Source: Macrostomum lignano (lineage: Eukaryota). From it: DNA of 64,000 nucleotides. Shown piece by piece: positions 10,958-24,300 of this stretch; positions within the stretch are counted from its first letter, which is position 1, and the number at the start of each line of letters is the position of its first letter. The notes beneath the pieces were generated by a model. The model saw nothing but the letters and a program-made list of their open reading frames with translations. It searched no databases and had not been told where the DNA came from. A program made the position numbers and the translations under genes. The stretch is from assembly GCA_002269645.1 (NCBI GenBank), contig NIVC01000240.1, positions 248,001 through 312,000 of the forward strand, written 5' to 3'.

Positions 10958-11535
10958 GGCTAGGTACAGTTCCAGTAGTACGGCCAGTAGTACTGGCAGT
11001 TGCGCCTCTGAGGATAGGACGATTAACTCGTATAGAGACCCGCCTCCATCTGCTAATATTCTCGTGATTTGATAGTACACTTTACTCGTACTCGTTTACT
11101 CGTTTTAGACTCGTATATTGCACAACGCAAAATGGGGATTTTGCCATAGACAAAATCGGTATAGAAAAGTCCATCTAAAATGCACTAAAGAGGCAGGAAC
11201 AGTAAAAATTTCGCAAGAATTTTGTTGGCCTGCTTGTCTCCGGTAATAAATAATAAAAAATGGCTTGACACACTTGCTTCATTTGCAATTTGGAAGTTCA
11301 GAAGTTGAGATATTGTGAATTAGTTTCAATTTTGTAGTGAAAACCGGCAAAATTTGCAAGATTTGTGAGTTCAGCGCCCTTCCACTTTAGTTTCTCACTA
11401 GCAATCTTCGCCCCCCGTTGGGGGACATCCGTATAGAATCTCTGTTCTCTACAAGTAATAAGAAGATAGCCAAATAAAGCTTTCACAAAGAAAACAGACA
11501 AACTACTCAAATGAAGTGCAATGCAAAAAGAAATC

Positions 11536-12110
11536 ATCCCAAGACAGCAAACATCACCCAGATTGCAAGCATCCCCCGGATAGCAAGCATCCCCAGATAG
11601 CAAGCATCACCCAAATAGCAAGCATCCCTCAGATAGCAAACATCCCCAGATAGCAAGCATCCCCCAGATAGCAAGCATCCCCCAGATAGCAAGCATCCCC
11701 AGATAGCAAGCATCCCCAGATAGCAAGCATCCCCCAGATAGCAAGCATCCCCCAGATAGCAAGCATCCCCAGATAGCAAGCATCCCCCAGATTGCAAGCA
11801 TCCCCCAGATAGCAAGCATCCCCAGATAGCAAGCATCCCCCAGATTGCAAGCATCCCCCAGATAGCAAGCATCCCCAGATAGCAAGCATCCCCAGATAGC
11901 AAGCATCCCCCAGATAGCAAGCATCCCCCAGATAGCAAGCATCCCCAGATAGCAAGCATCCCCCAGATTGCAAGCATCCCCCAGATAGCAAGCATCCCCC
12001 AGATAGCAAGCATCCCCAGATAGCAAGCATCCCCCAGATTGCAAGCATCCCCCAGATAGCAAGCATCCCCCAGATAGATAGCATCCCCAAATAGCAAGCA
12101 TCCACCAGAC
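11536..12110. repeat. Minisatellite, 17-18 bp (ATCCCCAGATAGCAAGC)
   Basis: Tandem array visible directly; variable C-run length. Confidence 0.95.
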
Positions 12111-12124
12111 AATAAGTAGCTAGT

Positions 12125-13225
12125 GCGACATTTCCTTAGCATTATAGTGGCTCCTTTAAAATTCGCTCACTTTTACGTTTGAAATTGTGTATCTTTTATG
12201 TTTGACATGGTGGCTCTTTTATGTTTGAAATGAAGTCACTTATATGTTTGACATGGTGAATCTTTTAAATGTTTTACAGGTTGGCTCTTTAATTTTCAAC
12301 ATGGTGGCTCTTTAATGTTCGACATAGTGGCTCCTTTATGTTCGACATGGTGGCTCTTTTATATTAGACATGGTGGCTCTTTTATGTTCTACATGGTGGT
12401 TCTTTTATGTTCGACATGGCGGCTCCTTTATGTTCGACATGGTGGCTCTCTAATGTTTGACATGGTGGCTCCTTAATGTTTGACATAGTGGCTCTTTAAT
12501 ATTCAACAAAGTGGCTCTTTAATGTTTGACATAATGACTTTTTAATGTTCAAAATGGTGGCTCTTTAATGTTTGACATGGTGGCTCTTTAATGTTTGACA
12601 TGGTGGCTCTTTAATGTTCAACATAGGGGCTCTTTAATGTTCGACACGATGGCACTTTAATGTTTGACATGGTGGCTCTTTAATGTTTGACATGGTAGCT
12701 CTTTAATGTTCGACACGATGGCACTTTAATGTTTGACATGGTGGTTCTTTAATGTTTGATATGGTAGCTCTTTAATGTTCGAAATGTTTTTTTTGTTTTA
12801 CAGTGGCTCTTTAATGTTCGACATGGTGGCTCTTTGATGTTTGACATGGTGGCTCTTTAATGTTCGACACGATGGCACTTTAATGTTTGACATGGTGGCT
12901 CTTTAATGTTTGACATGGTAGCTCTTTAATGTTCGACACGATGGCACTTTAATGTTTGACATGGTGGTTCTTTAATGTTCGACATGGTGGCTCTTTAATG
13001 TTCGAAATGTTTTTTTTGTTTTACAGTGGCTCTTTAATGTTCGACATGGTGGCTCTTTGATGTTTGACATGGTGGCTCTTTAATGTTCGACACGATGGCA
13101 CTTTAATGTTTGACATGGTGGCTCTTTAATGTTCGACATGGTGGCTCTTTAATTTTTGACATTGTGGCTCTTTAATGTTCGACATGGAGTCGCGTATATG
13201 CTTGGCATGGTGGCCCTTTTATGTT
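12125..13225. repeat. Minisatellite, ~23 bp (ATGGTGGCTCTTTAATGTTTGAC)
   Basis: Diverged tandem array visible directly. Confidence 0.92.
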
Positions 13226-13849
13226 TAGCATTTTGTGTTTTGAAGGTGTTTTAACAAAAAAATTATTTTGCTCTACTAAGATTCGAACCCAGGTCACTAC
13301 ATTACCAGTCCAATCTGCTCGCATCTTGCCTATCTCTTTTTAATCTGAGAACATGAACTGTGGCCCTTTGAATTAAATTCTTACAGCAAGTCAATTGGAG
13401 TAAAAAGTTATGACATAATCAATTTCTCGGTCAGCCAGTATCAGTCTCAATTTGAGTTAGCAATATGGTTACGCAATTTCTATCAAGTAGTGTGTGCAAT
13501 TCTTTGACACTGTTTTCAACTTTTTGTGATGCAATCTTTATCACAATCGGAATTCAGCCAGTCAGTTTTTTCTCTAGCATTCTTACAATGCATTTCAAGT
13601 CAAAAATTTGGCTTGACCTTTGCATAAAAGCATGTTTTTCGAATATTTAATCCCTTTAACATTGAGCAATTTCTTAGCCAAGAAGCATGTACCGTCCCAG
13701 GAAAATTTCTGATCGAATGGTGCAAGTTTGAAGAAAATCGATTGAGCCGTTTTTTCTGAAATCCATCTCACAGAGACACACATTTCATTTTTAGTATATA
13801 GGATGCTTGACTAACCTGATTAACTAACCTTGCTTGACTAACCCAGCTA

Positions 13850-14142
13850 GGAGAGGGAATAGAAGGGGAGAGGAGATAAGAGAAGAGAGTAGAGAAGAGA
13901 GAGAGATTATGAGAGGAGGAGAGATAGAATGAGAGAGGAAATGAGAGAGGAAAGGAGAGTGAGACGAAAAAGAGGAGAGAGAGCAGGGAAGAGAAGAGAG
14001 AAGAAAGAAGAGAACTGAGAAGAGACACAAACCTTGGGATTGCTATTGTGAAGTTCGAAGGACCCGAGGGCCAAATAGGGAGGCCTGGCAGGCCGCATGT
14101 GGCTGATAGCCCACAAAATCCGGGGAGTTTGCCGACCCCCAG
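13850..14142 (-). mobile_element. Interspersed repeat with a hAT-Charlie-like end and GA-rich tract (copy 1)
   Basis: Minus strand starts GGGGTCGGCAAAC...GCCACATGCGGCC; homologous to 25770-25995. Confidence 0.6.
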
Positions 14143-14221
14143 ACTAAGTGATTTGTAGTGGTCGTTGGAAACTCTCTGCACTGCTGATGAAATTAAATTT
14201 GCCCAGCAAACTTTGTCTGTA

Positions 14222-14848
14222 AGAGAAGCTCTTTGCAGCGACTTCTCTACTTTCGTATGAAGCGTGCCTGCAATCGAAACATTTCGTGCGCTCGCAAGCA
14301 AAAGCAACCGTTGAACGTACTCACGACAGAACAGCAGAGATCACTGGGAGCTACACAAACCTACAAGTTAGCTTTACTAAGACCAAGTTTACTTTGTTTC
14401 AGTGTACCACCCGGGCCAAAAAAGGCCGACCAGATAATGCGATTTTTTCTCGGCCATCATCAAGCGGAGGAGATGCGGCAATTTGCGTTGTTAAGCCTCA
14501 TTGTGTGCTGCCAGAATGTAACGCATATAGGCACACTGACAGTGGCGAGCAGTGCAAGTTCTGCAGTTCTGTAGACTCAGAATGGCTTGGCCGGTTGACT
14601 GATCACCCATCTATTCTTTTAGCGACTTGACTTTGCGACTGACTTTGCGCAGGCCATCTCATCCGCGCCTAGTCGTACTTCCCACAGCCGGTGCAGGAGG
14701 TGCTGCTGCTCACGCTGCAGGCACCCTACCGGCGAGGTCAAGCGCGAACTCGGCGTTACGTCGACTGTCTGCTGGCTGACGCCGGCGCCCCGGACACTGC
14801 CGGTGGCGCGGCCTTTGTTCGCACCCAAGCCATGAAGCGCGCCCTGTG
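14222..14848 (+). other. Candidate exon fragments of an unknown gene
   Basis: GC3-rich frame after acceptor CTTCCCACAG (~14687) reads PVQEVLLLTLQAPYRR...AMKRAL*; the upstream frames are ambiguous. Confidence 0.25.
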
Positions 14849-16249
14849 ACGCTGACTTTTGCCATCCTGACAGCGTATTTTGTTGTTGTTGTTGTTGTTG
14901 TTGCGAGTTTCAGAAAAAAATCTGCGTGCATAGCTCAGTGTACTCTCTGCTGACGCCTGTTCTCTTAGTAAATGGCCTGTCGATACCGATCCCTATTGTT
15001 GGCCGTACACTGTTTAACTCTCTGACCCTCGAGTGTACAATGCCTGCCCCCGTCGCTCTGCAGCCAATCAGCTTGCACGCTTCTTGTATATCAGGCGCAA
15101 CTCCACCCCACGCAAATATCGATTTCTAAATATATATATATTGGCGCTCAAGGCCTCGCAGTGGCCAAGCCTTTTCTTACCCCTAAAACAAATCTACACC
15201 TATCTCCTGCGAGCGGTGCGCGGGATGGAGCTTAGACTGAAGCTGACAATTTACGATCCATTTTTGTAAGAGTACTAACGCGGTTGGTAGAAAGAGAGAA
15301 TTGAAAGTTAGTCGGCGCCTCATCCTCTCGGCCTTTTTCATGATCATTTTATTAGCCAATATCTCTCTGGCAGACTCCCCGCTGCATCCTGCAATCTTTG
15401 GAATTATGTTTTACAGCCCCCAATAGAACATTTTTCGGTTCAAAAGCACCGAGTCGGCGAAGGGACAGAGTGAGTGAGAGGGGGATATCGAGAGCAAACC
15501 AATTTCCAGATTAATTCCACAATTCTCGCTCTCGTACAAAGTCATCCATTACCGATTCCTGATGTCAGCAAAGTTGCTCTTCTGCTCTGAATCCCTGTAT
15601 GCAATCATATCTCCTGTCTGCTACTCTGATTTTCGCGCAGACTTCTTCCCTCCAAACATGACACACAGCGGGTGCAACAGAGCAAGCGTTATAGTCTCTC
15701 TCTATCCATATTTAGCTATCGTACGCGTATTAGCGTGAAAGCAGACAAATTTAAATATTCTGTATTCTGACTGGCAGATTCAACGTTATCATAATGCAAC
15801 AGTTATTTGCAATTACGAGTAGTTTGCATCCATCCTTGCACCAGTTAAGAGTAAAACTTTAAAATGCCAACTTCATTAAGCTGGATGCAAATTTATGGAA
15901 GTTCCTATTGATCTATAAATACCGAGAAACAGAGTCGTAACTGTTTAGTGGATAGAATTCCCCTATCAATAAATAATAAACAGAGCACGACAGCATTATC
16001 GAATTTGCTCAACACTTTGTACTTGAATATTAGTATTAGTACAGAGTGACAACGAGAGACACGTTGACTACTGAGCTAACTAACTCATCTTGTACCACGT
16101 CTAAGCGACTAAGGGCTGAAATTTCTCAGCATGCTTGGCTACGCCTGGCCCTCTGATTTCTCATTTACACCCTTGAAACATGGGCATTTGAGCTTTGTGC
16201 CATAGACATTTTTGCCTCAGCAAGGTTGCGAGAGAAAGAATGAAAGAGG

Positions 16250-16645
16250 GGGTGACTGAATGCTTGAGAGACTTGCTGAGTATGTCCAGCAGTCGAGGCT
16301 TGATCAGCGAAACTCGAGAAAGTTGCATCAGCATGTCCATAGTGACCTGGTACCACCTGTTGAAGGTCCAGAAGCTCCGCCTGGGTGCAGACCAGTTACT
16401 AACGAAGTCAGAGCTAAAGCAGACACACGTGGTCGATGTGCTGATGAAATTTGGAGGCTTGGCAAGGCTGCACTGAGGCGCAGGGCTGATTGGCGCACAG
16501 TGTTACATTGAACACACTGGCGCTTAAGGAAAAAATCCAACCTTCTGGCAGAATCGTCGAATATCTCAACGGTCCGGAGGGCTGGCGACTTGATTCTTGT
16601 TTGAGAAGGTGCGCAACAAAAAGTTAGCCCGTGTTCTTGAATCGT
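16250..16645 (+). mobile_element. Diverged partial copy of the 9155-10227 element (last internal unit plus right arm)
   Basis: Colinear similarity to ~9780-10130, e.g. GAAATTTGGAGGCTTGGCAAGGCTGCACTGAGGCGCAG and AACAAAAAGTTAGCCCGTGTTCTTGAAT. Confidence 0.85.
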
Positions 16646-17422
16646 GTTTACAATGAGGCAATTATATAATACCACTTTGAGTCATCAACATTTAGAAGAC
16701 AGTCAGACGGGAACTAACATTGGTAGCTCTGATTTTACGAGTATATCGTAATGCTTAAATCAGGAACTTTTTTAACTTGTCAGGATTGATAAATGGTCCC
16801 TTAAAATGAAGGCTCAAGGAATTTGGGCAACAGTCCGTTGAGGACAGAAGGTGACAGAAAGAAATCGAAGCTAAAATTCAGCAAAACCGGACTCGAATGG
16901 ATCTCCGAGAAGCTTGGGTCCTTACCTTCTCCCTCCCGTCCAATGAAGCTTGTTTGAACTTGCGCTCTCGTTGCCGGCCAGACCGCGGGTCCTCCCTCCT
17001 CTTCTCTGTTTACTCCATCGCGCGGGATCCTCCCCCAGTCTCCTTTTCCCTTAGTTTTTGATGAAGTTGACTTTGCAAATTGGGAAAGAAAAATTTCGCG
17101 GGATTGGCATCCAATTTGGCAAATATTTGACTTTTATCGCATCCCGAAGACCGAGACAGAGAAGCTCGGAAGGTGGAGCAGCGTGAAGATGCGGCTGCGA
17201 AATCGCCTGCCTAAAGTCTATGACGACCGAATGCTGCGTACAATTGTATTGGTGGTTCTCACGTAGGGACTGCAAAATTCTATTTTTGACATACACTGAA
17301 CACGTACCTATCTGCAAGTAGGCTGTGGCCACCCTGGTTGCAACGCCTTCGGCGACATAGTCCCATAAACGTCCCATCGTCCCATACGCGCAGATGTAAT
17401 TCTGCTCATTCCGCTGACTCGG

Positions 17423-17690
17423 CAGACACTCAGGCAGACACTGAGACAGATACTTGACAGACATTGAGGCAGACACTGATTAGGACACTCAGGCAGACAC
17501 TGAGACAGATACTGAGACAGACACTGAGGCAGACACTCAGACAGACACCCAGACAGACACTAAGGCAGACACTCAGACAGACACCGAGGCAGACACTGAG
17601 GCAGACACTAAGGCAGGCATTGAGGCAGGCATTGAGGCAGACACTGAGGCAGACAGGCAGGCAGACAGTCAGGCAGACAGGCAGGCAGGC
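17423..17690. repeat. Minisatellite, 12 bp (GAGGCAGACACT)
   Basis: Tandem array visible directly. Confidence 0.9.
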
Positions 17691-18596
17691 CATTCGCCGC
17701 CAGCGCCACAGAAACTGAGGCGAGAGACCAATGCCAGCCTGGCAGCGCTCTGATTGGCTGGCAGTGTTTAATCCAGCTGCCCAGTCGTCTTGCAGGCCTC
17801 TGCCCAAGCCAGCAGGGCCTGACTTCAAACTCCGACCAAGCTTTTTTGTTCAGCCTCTCGGATCGCCTCCCAGTCGGCGCCGCACTGCCAATTCCGGTTG
17901 AAATCGTGAGCAGGCATCGCCCGATCCCTCATCCCGCTCTACTCCTCCATTCCACTTTGGGATATTTCTCCTCCCCTTGGTTTCCCTTCAACTACAGAAT
18001 CCCCCTATTAAAAAACTGCAGCTTAACCTCCAACTGCAATACGGCGGCCCCTGCACAATCAGCGTTTGCCCTCCTGCCATCTCAGACGTCATCGTATTGG
18101 GCTGCTTCTCTCTTCGCCGCTCAACCAAGCGGCCATCCTCGGCGTGTTGACTCAAGGCCGGCCGCCCGAGTCAGGTAGAGAAAGAGAAGGAGGCGGAACA
18201 GGGGGGGGGGGGCAACTGGTCCCGCGTGATTGATAGGCCATTTCCACCCGGCCTTTTGTCCGCTCATTAACCTGCGCCCCGGCCCTGGCCCGCCTCCTGC
18301 CCATATCGGATTTGCTCATTCAGCCTGAGCTGGGCCCCATGGCAACTCGCCTATAACTCAGTTGAGTCGTTTCCTCATCTCATTATTCTCCCCGCCACCC
18401 GTCCCAGATAGGATTTCTGCTGCAGCAACCGGCCGCTCGGCTGCGAATCTTTGACCCGATACACATCTCCGCCCCCGCTCTACTTGCTGTCGCTCCAGAG
18501 TCGAACTTCGGCATCTTGGGTGAGTCGGCTGAGATCAAATCAATTTATTTTTGGCTTGTTTGTTGGTAGCTTAAGTATAGTGCTAGTGTCATTATT

Positions 18597-19170
18597 GTGT
18601 GCAGATAGGGGCGGATAGTGTGCAGATAGGGGCGGATCGTGTGCAGATAGGGGCGGATCGTGTGCAGATAGGGGCGGATCGTGTGCAGATAGGGGCGGAT
18701 CGTGTGCAGATAGGGGCGGATCGTGTGCAGATAGGGGCGGATCGTGTGCAGATAGGGGCGGATCGTGTGCAGATAAGGGCGGATACTGTGCATATCAGGG
18801 CGGATACTGTGTATATCGGGGCGGATAGTGTGCAGATAGGGGCGGATAGTGTGCAGATAGGGGCGGATAGTGTGCAAATCGGGGCGGATAGTGTGCAGAT
18901 AGGGGCGGATAGTGTGCAGATAGGGGCGGATCGTGTGCAAATTGGGGCTGATAGTGTGCAGATAGGGGCGGATAGTGTGCATATCAGGGCGGATACTGTG
19001 TATATCGGGGCGGATAGTGTGCAGATAGGGGCGGATAGTGTGCAGATAGGGGCGGATCGTGTGCAGATAGGGGCGGATCGTGTGCAGATAGGGGCGGATC
19101 GTGTGCAGATAGGGGCGGATCGTGTGCAGATAGTGCCGGATCGTGTGCAGATAGGGGCGGATCGTGTGCA
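18597..19170. repeat. Minisatellite, 21 bp (GTGCAGATAGGGGCGGATCGT)
   Basis: Tandem array; explains the 208-aa ORFs on both strands. Confidence 0.95.
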
Positions 19171-20261
19171 ATTAGAGCCGATTGATTTATCTCAAGCATC
19201 ATTACTACCCACTTTCTCCAATTAGAAGTTTTTATGACCGCGACCTGGTAGAGGCCAGGTGAAGCAGGCCCCCCCCAGCTGATCCATGCCTTAGATAAAA
19301 AATCCTTTGCTTTGGGACGTTGCCCGAAATTTCCAATTCCCTGCGGCCGACTGTTTTTCTGGCCTCGCCCTTTCAATTTTTTATCACAGTTCCGACGGGG
19401 CCCGCGAAGCATTCAGAATTCAAGGGCCCTGCGCTGGCGGCCGCAAGCAGAGATTATGATACATCGGTTTGTTTTGACCTCCCCGGGGTTTAGTTTGGAA
19501 GAGAAAAAATCGTTTTCTAATTCCCATAAAGCGATATTTAGCGCGCAGTAAAGAGACAATTTATTGGCTTCATCTATCAAAAACAGCTTAACTGTGCGTA
19601 ACATTTTGCTGTGGAGAGTGGAAGCAGAAAGACAGTGGAACAATAAGAGCGGGACAATAAGAGTTCGAGTTGCTTGCTTAAGAGTACTAACGAAACTCTG
19701 CCCATTCCGCTGACTCCTTTCTAATTAATCGTCAGGTATGTGCACTCTGTATTGTGGTAGTTGGCCGTCATGGATTTGGATCACACGACAACACGACAGC
19801 TGCTAGCAGAGCGACAAAGATAGCTTCGGATGCCTTGAAATTATCCAATAGCTATTCCCAGGATTCGTTCGCTGATGTCCAAATTCATTTCTGGGCCCCG
19901 TTTCCAGCGGCTGCCCCGCTGGCAGGCAGTGGGCCGGATAATAGCAACTGGAGGGGGTGAACTCTATCTTCCTCTGATCCTCCTGGGATCCGCCTGAAGG
20001 CTGGCCGATAAGAAGTGCTCAGTTGGGAAATGCGGTCGCAAGCTCGATCCTGAGTCTGTTCTTGTTGTTTTAATTGCCTAGGGATTTGGAATGGTGGGAG
20101 ATCTATTTTTTGCCAGTCTGTTGTCACATTTCTTTATTGAGAAAGTGAGCGCTGCTTACAGTGAGACGACTGCTTAGCGGTCTAGAAAATCATCATCTAA
20201 GGGAAAGCATCTGTAAAACTGTTTTTTAACCATAAGGGCTCGGTTTGAGACCGTTTACAGT

Positions 20262-20632
20262 GTCTCCTCGTCTTCTTATTTTCATGTCGATGTCCCTTCA
20301 TGCATGTCTTCATGTCTTCCTATCTCCATGTCGATCTGCCTTCATGCATGTCTTCGTGTCTTCTTATTTTCATGTCGATGTCCCTTCATGCATGTCTTCG
20401 TGTCTTCTTATTTTCATGTCGATGTCCCTTCATGCATGTCTTCGTGTCTTTTTATTTTCATGTCGATGTCCCTTCATGCATGTCTTCGTGTCTTCTTATT
20501 TTCATGTCGATGTCCCTTCATGCATGTCTTCGTGTCTTTTTATTTTCATGTCGATGTCCCTTCATGCATGTCTTCGTGTCTTTATGTCATTCTATCTTCA
20601 TGTCGATGTGTCTTCATGCATGTTTTCGTGTC
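20262..20632. repeat. Minisatellite, 44 bp
   Basis: TGTCTTCTTATTTTCATGTCGATGTCCCTTCATGCATGTCTTCG recurs at 20357, 20401 and onward. Confidence 0.92.
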
Positions 20633-21334
20633 TTCGACTCGTACGTGTCTTAGCCAAATACACTACTGTGTGTTTCTGCATATAGGCTGTGTTTCTGCAT
20701 CCTCCTTGTCTTTGTTTCTTAGTGTATTTTTGCTTCAAGTGCTTCCTCGAGCCTCAGTGTTTAAGCTTCTACGGCAGCGAAAGAACAGACTAACAGACTA
20801 CTGGTACTTACAGAACGCTAATACTAACGAGCTATTTCACTGCCTAACGGCATGAACGAAGTGGGGGCAGGTTGGGTCAAACGAATATTTAGTAAACATT
20901 GAGAATGCAGTTCCACAATGCCGGCCATCCATAAGTCCCTCTGGCCGGCGCTGGCAGGCAAGTGGCGAAAGCTGCCCACCGAAGTGCAAGCAGACTAGAT
21001 GGCCAGTCAGACAGCTCGTAAGAGCCGGAGCTAGGGCGGCAAAAATGTCTAGGCCAGATAGGAGGGTCAGATAAATCTGACTCGCTGAAGGCCGGCTGTG
21101 TTATCCCTTGCCTACCTGCATGTCTACTGATTGCCGCCATCGTAATCCCCTTATCGATTGCTCCAATTGATACATTTATCCATTGTCTACATTTCATAAA
21201 AATCTTGATTTACCTTATAATTTACTGACGTCTACTGATGCATGAGTAGTAAGCTTGAAAAATATCAATATTTTTGCTTTCAGAACAGTTTCTATAGCTC
21301 GAACGAAGTCTGTGAGCTCTAAAAGCAGTAGAAT

Positions 21335-24300
21335 ATGGCTCACTTTATGCACACCTCGTCAACTGATGAGTTCTCTGTGCGAGAGAGAGACCCCAGCAAC
21401 AGCAAGCATGCCAGGGCTGCACAGCAGCAGCAACAACAACAACAGCAGCAGCAGCAGCAGAGGAAAATTTCCTACTGCCAGCCTCCGCCATCTGGCCGGC
21501 TGACTGCCCGGATTCTCCAGCACCGTTCGGCAACTGTGGACGCGGCCGCGGCGGCAGCGGCTGCCGGAACTTCCGCCATCAGTCGGAGCAGCAGCGGTTC
21601 CTCCTGCGCAGTCGCCTATCCGACAGTGGTCGCAGCCGACATCAACAATGACAGGCGAAACAACGCCAGGAGCAGCCCGGCGAATTCGATAGACGCGAGC
21701 TCCGAGGCGAAGGGCAACAGCAGTGGCGGCGGCGGCGGCGGCGGCGGTCGGCCCAGCTTTGGCAGTCTGCTGTTCCGCCGGAAGAAGAGCCTAGCGGCCG
21801 CGGCGGCTGTCTCAGCAGCGGCAGCGGCGGCAGCGGCGGCAGCCACATCCGCATCGTCCGGCAACGCCGCGGCTAATGAGGCTGGAGTCTCGGATGCTGG
21901 CAGTCTGGCGGCCGCTGAGGAGCCGGGCTACTCGGGCAGGCGTGAGTAGACTCAGCAGCTTTCGGGGGAGAGTCTGGGAGCCGACACGTGGGAGAATAAA
22001 TACTCTTGCTATGACCCTGGGAGAGTAAGTACCGTAGCTATGACCCTGGGAGAGTAAGTACCGTAGCTATGACCCTGGGAGAGTAAGTACCGTAGCTATG
22101 ACCCTGGGAGAGTAAGTACCGTAGCTATGACCCTGGGAGAGTAAGTACCGTAGCTATGACCCTGGAAAGTAAAAGGGGAGCAAAAATCGAAAAAGGTTAC
22201 CATTGGAGGCTACCTTCGATTCGTACTTTAAAACGATTCAGTAGCTTCTTTAATGTCAAGGTTCATTTTATAGCTAAATAATTTTTTTAATAATGTATCT
22301 ATTGAGTTAAAAAAACATTTTTTTGTTATGACTTAGGAAGTGAAAAATCTTAAAACTTACACTTACACATTTTCAAAAGTAAATTCGTCAATTTAGTGTG
22401 CTCTTGTCAAACAGAATTGTCATTTTTAGAAATCGAATTTATTTCCTAAAAAACTCAGCTTAGACAGCGGTCAAGTTTACCGCCATTACTTTATTGTTTT
22501 ATGGGTCGGAAAAGATCCTATTGGAACAAAATGCAAAGTGTTGCGTCATCCTATTTTAGCTGTCCTTGGGATAAGCTCAACCGGTGGCGGTAAAAATCCA
22601 GGCCGAATCGCGATTTTCTAGAATTTTTTATTCTACTAGAACAACTGTCTTATAAAGAAATGAATAAAATGAAATTTTTTCGCGATTTCCCCAAAGAACC
22701 TGTGGCAAGTGGCAGGCTGGGGGGGGGCTCAGAAATTTCCTGCTTTTTTCTTCTACGCAGCAGGTTTGCCTGCTTCGCCGCAGCCGTGGAGTTCTGGACT
22801 GACCAATCTGGATTGGAAATCCAATGGAAAGCATTATGGGAGCAGCGGCGAGGACAGCAGTGCTCAACTGACACGCTCATACGAAGTACACGCTCTCACA
22901 GGGTTTACAAGAGAAAATAAGACATCATATGGCCGTTAAAGACGATTCTAGGCGATTCTAGACGATTCTAGGCGATTCTAAAGACGATTCAGTCCTTCTA
23001 GGTCCTGACTTTCTCATTGTCAGACATGTAGAAAGCCTCTAGCATATTACATGCATTAGAAAAAGAACAAGAAATCCGGACCTTTGGGGTCTCAGTGAAT
23101 GAAGATCTCACAGATGAATGTTGGTGACTGTAAATTAAAAGTTTTTTCAAATTTAGCTAAACGCACGGGCTTGTCGATCAGCCTGGTCATGTGGCAGAAC
23201 ACATTGCCTAGTGCGTACTCGATCTAGTACTCCAGGTCACGGCCTGTGGCAAGACTGCTTAGTCCCGGCTCTCTCCAGGTAGCAGTTCTACCCTATAGTG
23301 TTCATGCCCACTCGGCCTGTGGGCTATCAGACTTACCTTGGAGCTATAAATTAGCTTTGGATTCGTTATCCCACGCCATTTATCTTTATCTTCCCCTAAA
23401 TCTTGCGCCAATACCGATTTACCAAGCATAATCAATTTCTAAGTGCCTTCCGGAAGTGCTGCACTTCTGGCGCAGAACGGCCCAAACGGAAGAGCAAATG
23501 GGCTCTTTCTCATTGCTTGCTTTTGAATGCCATGTGATTTTTAGGATTTCGCATCGCTTTAGCAGACCCGGCCTATTTTTAGCGCTGAGGGAATCGTCTT
23601 TAACGGCCATTTGATGTCTTATTTTCTCTTGTTATTCCACTTCGGGTCCAACCTCGCGGCCCCGTGTGGAAAGCCAATCAGACAGATATAAAAACAAGTT
23701 TCCAGTGTAAAAAGTTTATAGTATTCTGCAAGAAGCGCACTGCTTCAACCAAGATCCTCCATCACGGATGGACAGCTCAGAATGGGGCTTGAAATCCAAC
23801 CAAAAATCTTTCTGACCAATCAAAATTTTCCGGCCCAGTATATCAGTTTCCTTGCACCAGGATTTCCCATGCGTAAGAAAGTTGAATTTCTATTTCCTAG
23901 AATCCCATTCAAGGAGTGAGCTGCATTGAAAATCATCAGAAACTCGACAGAGATTGTGAGGCTGAGATTTGAGCAGCTTTGAGCGTGGGCATGCACTGCC
24001 AACGCGTCGGACGGGTCGACGACTTCTCAAACAGGGAGCAGCACCACTCTGGTGCCTCCGCGTCCGCCGCGGCCTCCGATGCTCATAGAGTTGGTTTGGG
24101 TAACTCCACAGGTAATGATTGGTAACTCATGGCCTCCGATGCCGTACAGATTATTTCTGAAATTAACAAATGCTCTCAAATGTCACCATCTGCATGCACC
24201 GTTTTGCTTTACTTTGGAAGACATGATACAAGGCTACTCGTATTTCAAATATATATATTTGTAAAACAAAATTTTACATGAAATGAATTTCCATAATTTT

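Noticed and set aside
11536-13225. CRISPR-like regular repeats here and elsewhere
   Set aside because: Units are head-to-tail with no unique spacers, there are no cas genes, and the context is eukaryotic.
13270-13320. tRNA-like B box on the minus strand (GGTTCGAATCT)
   Set aside because: Too short and degraded to call beyond a possible SINE remnant.
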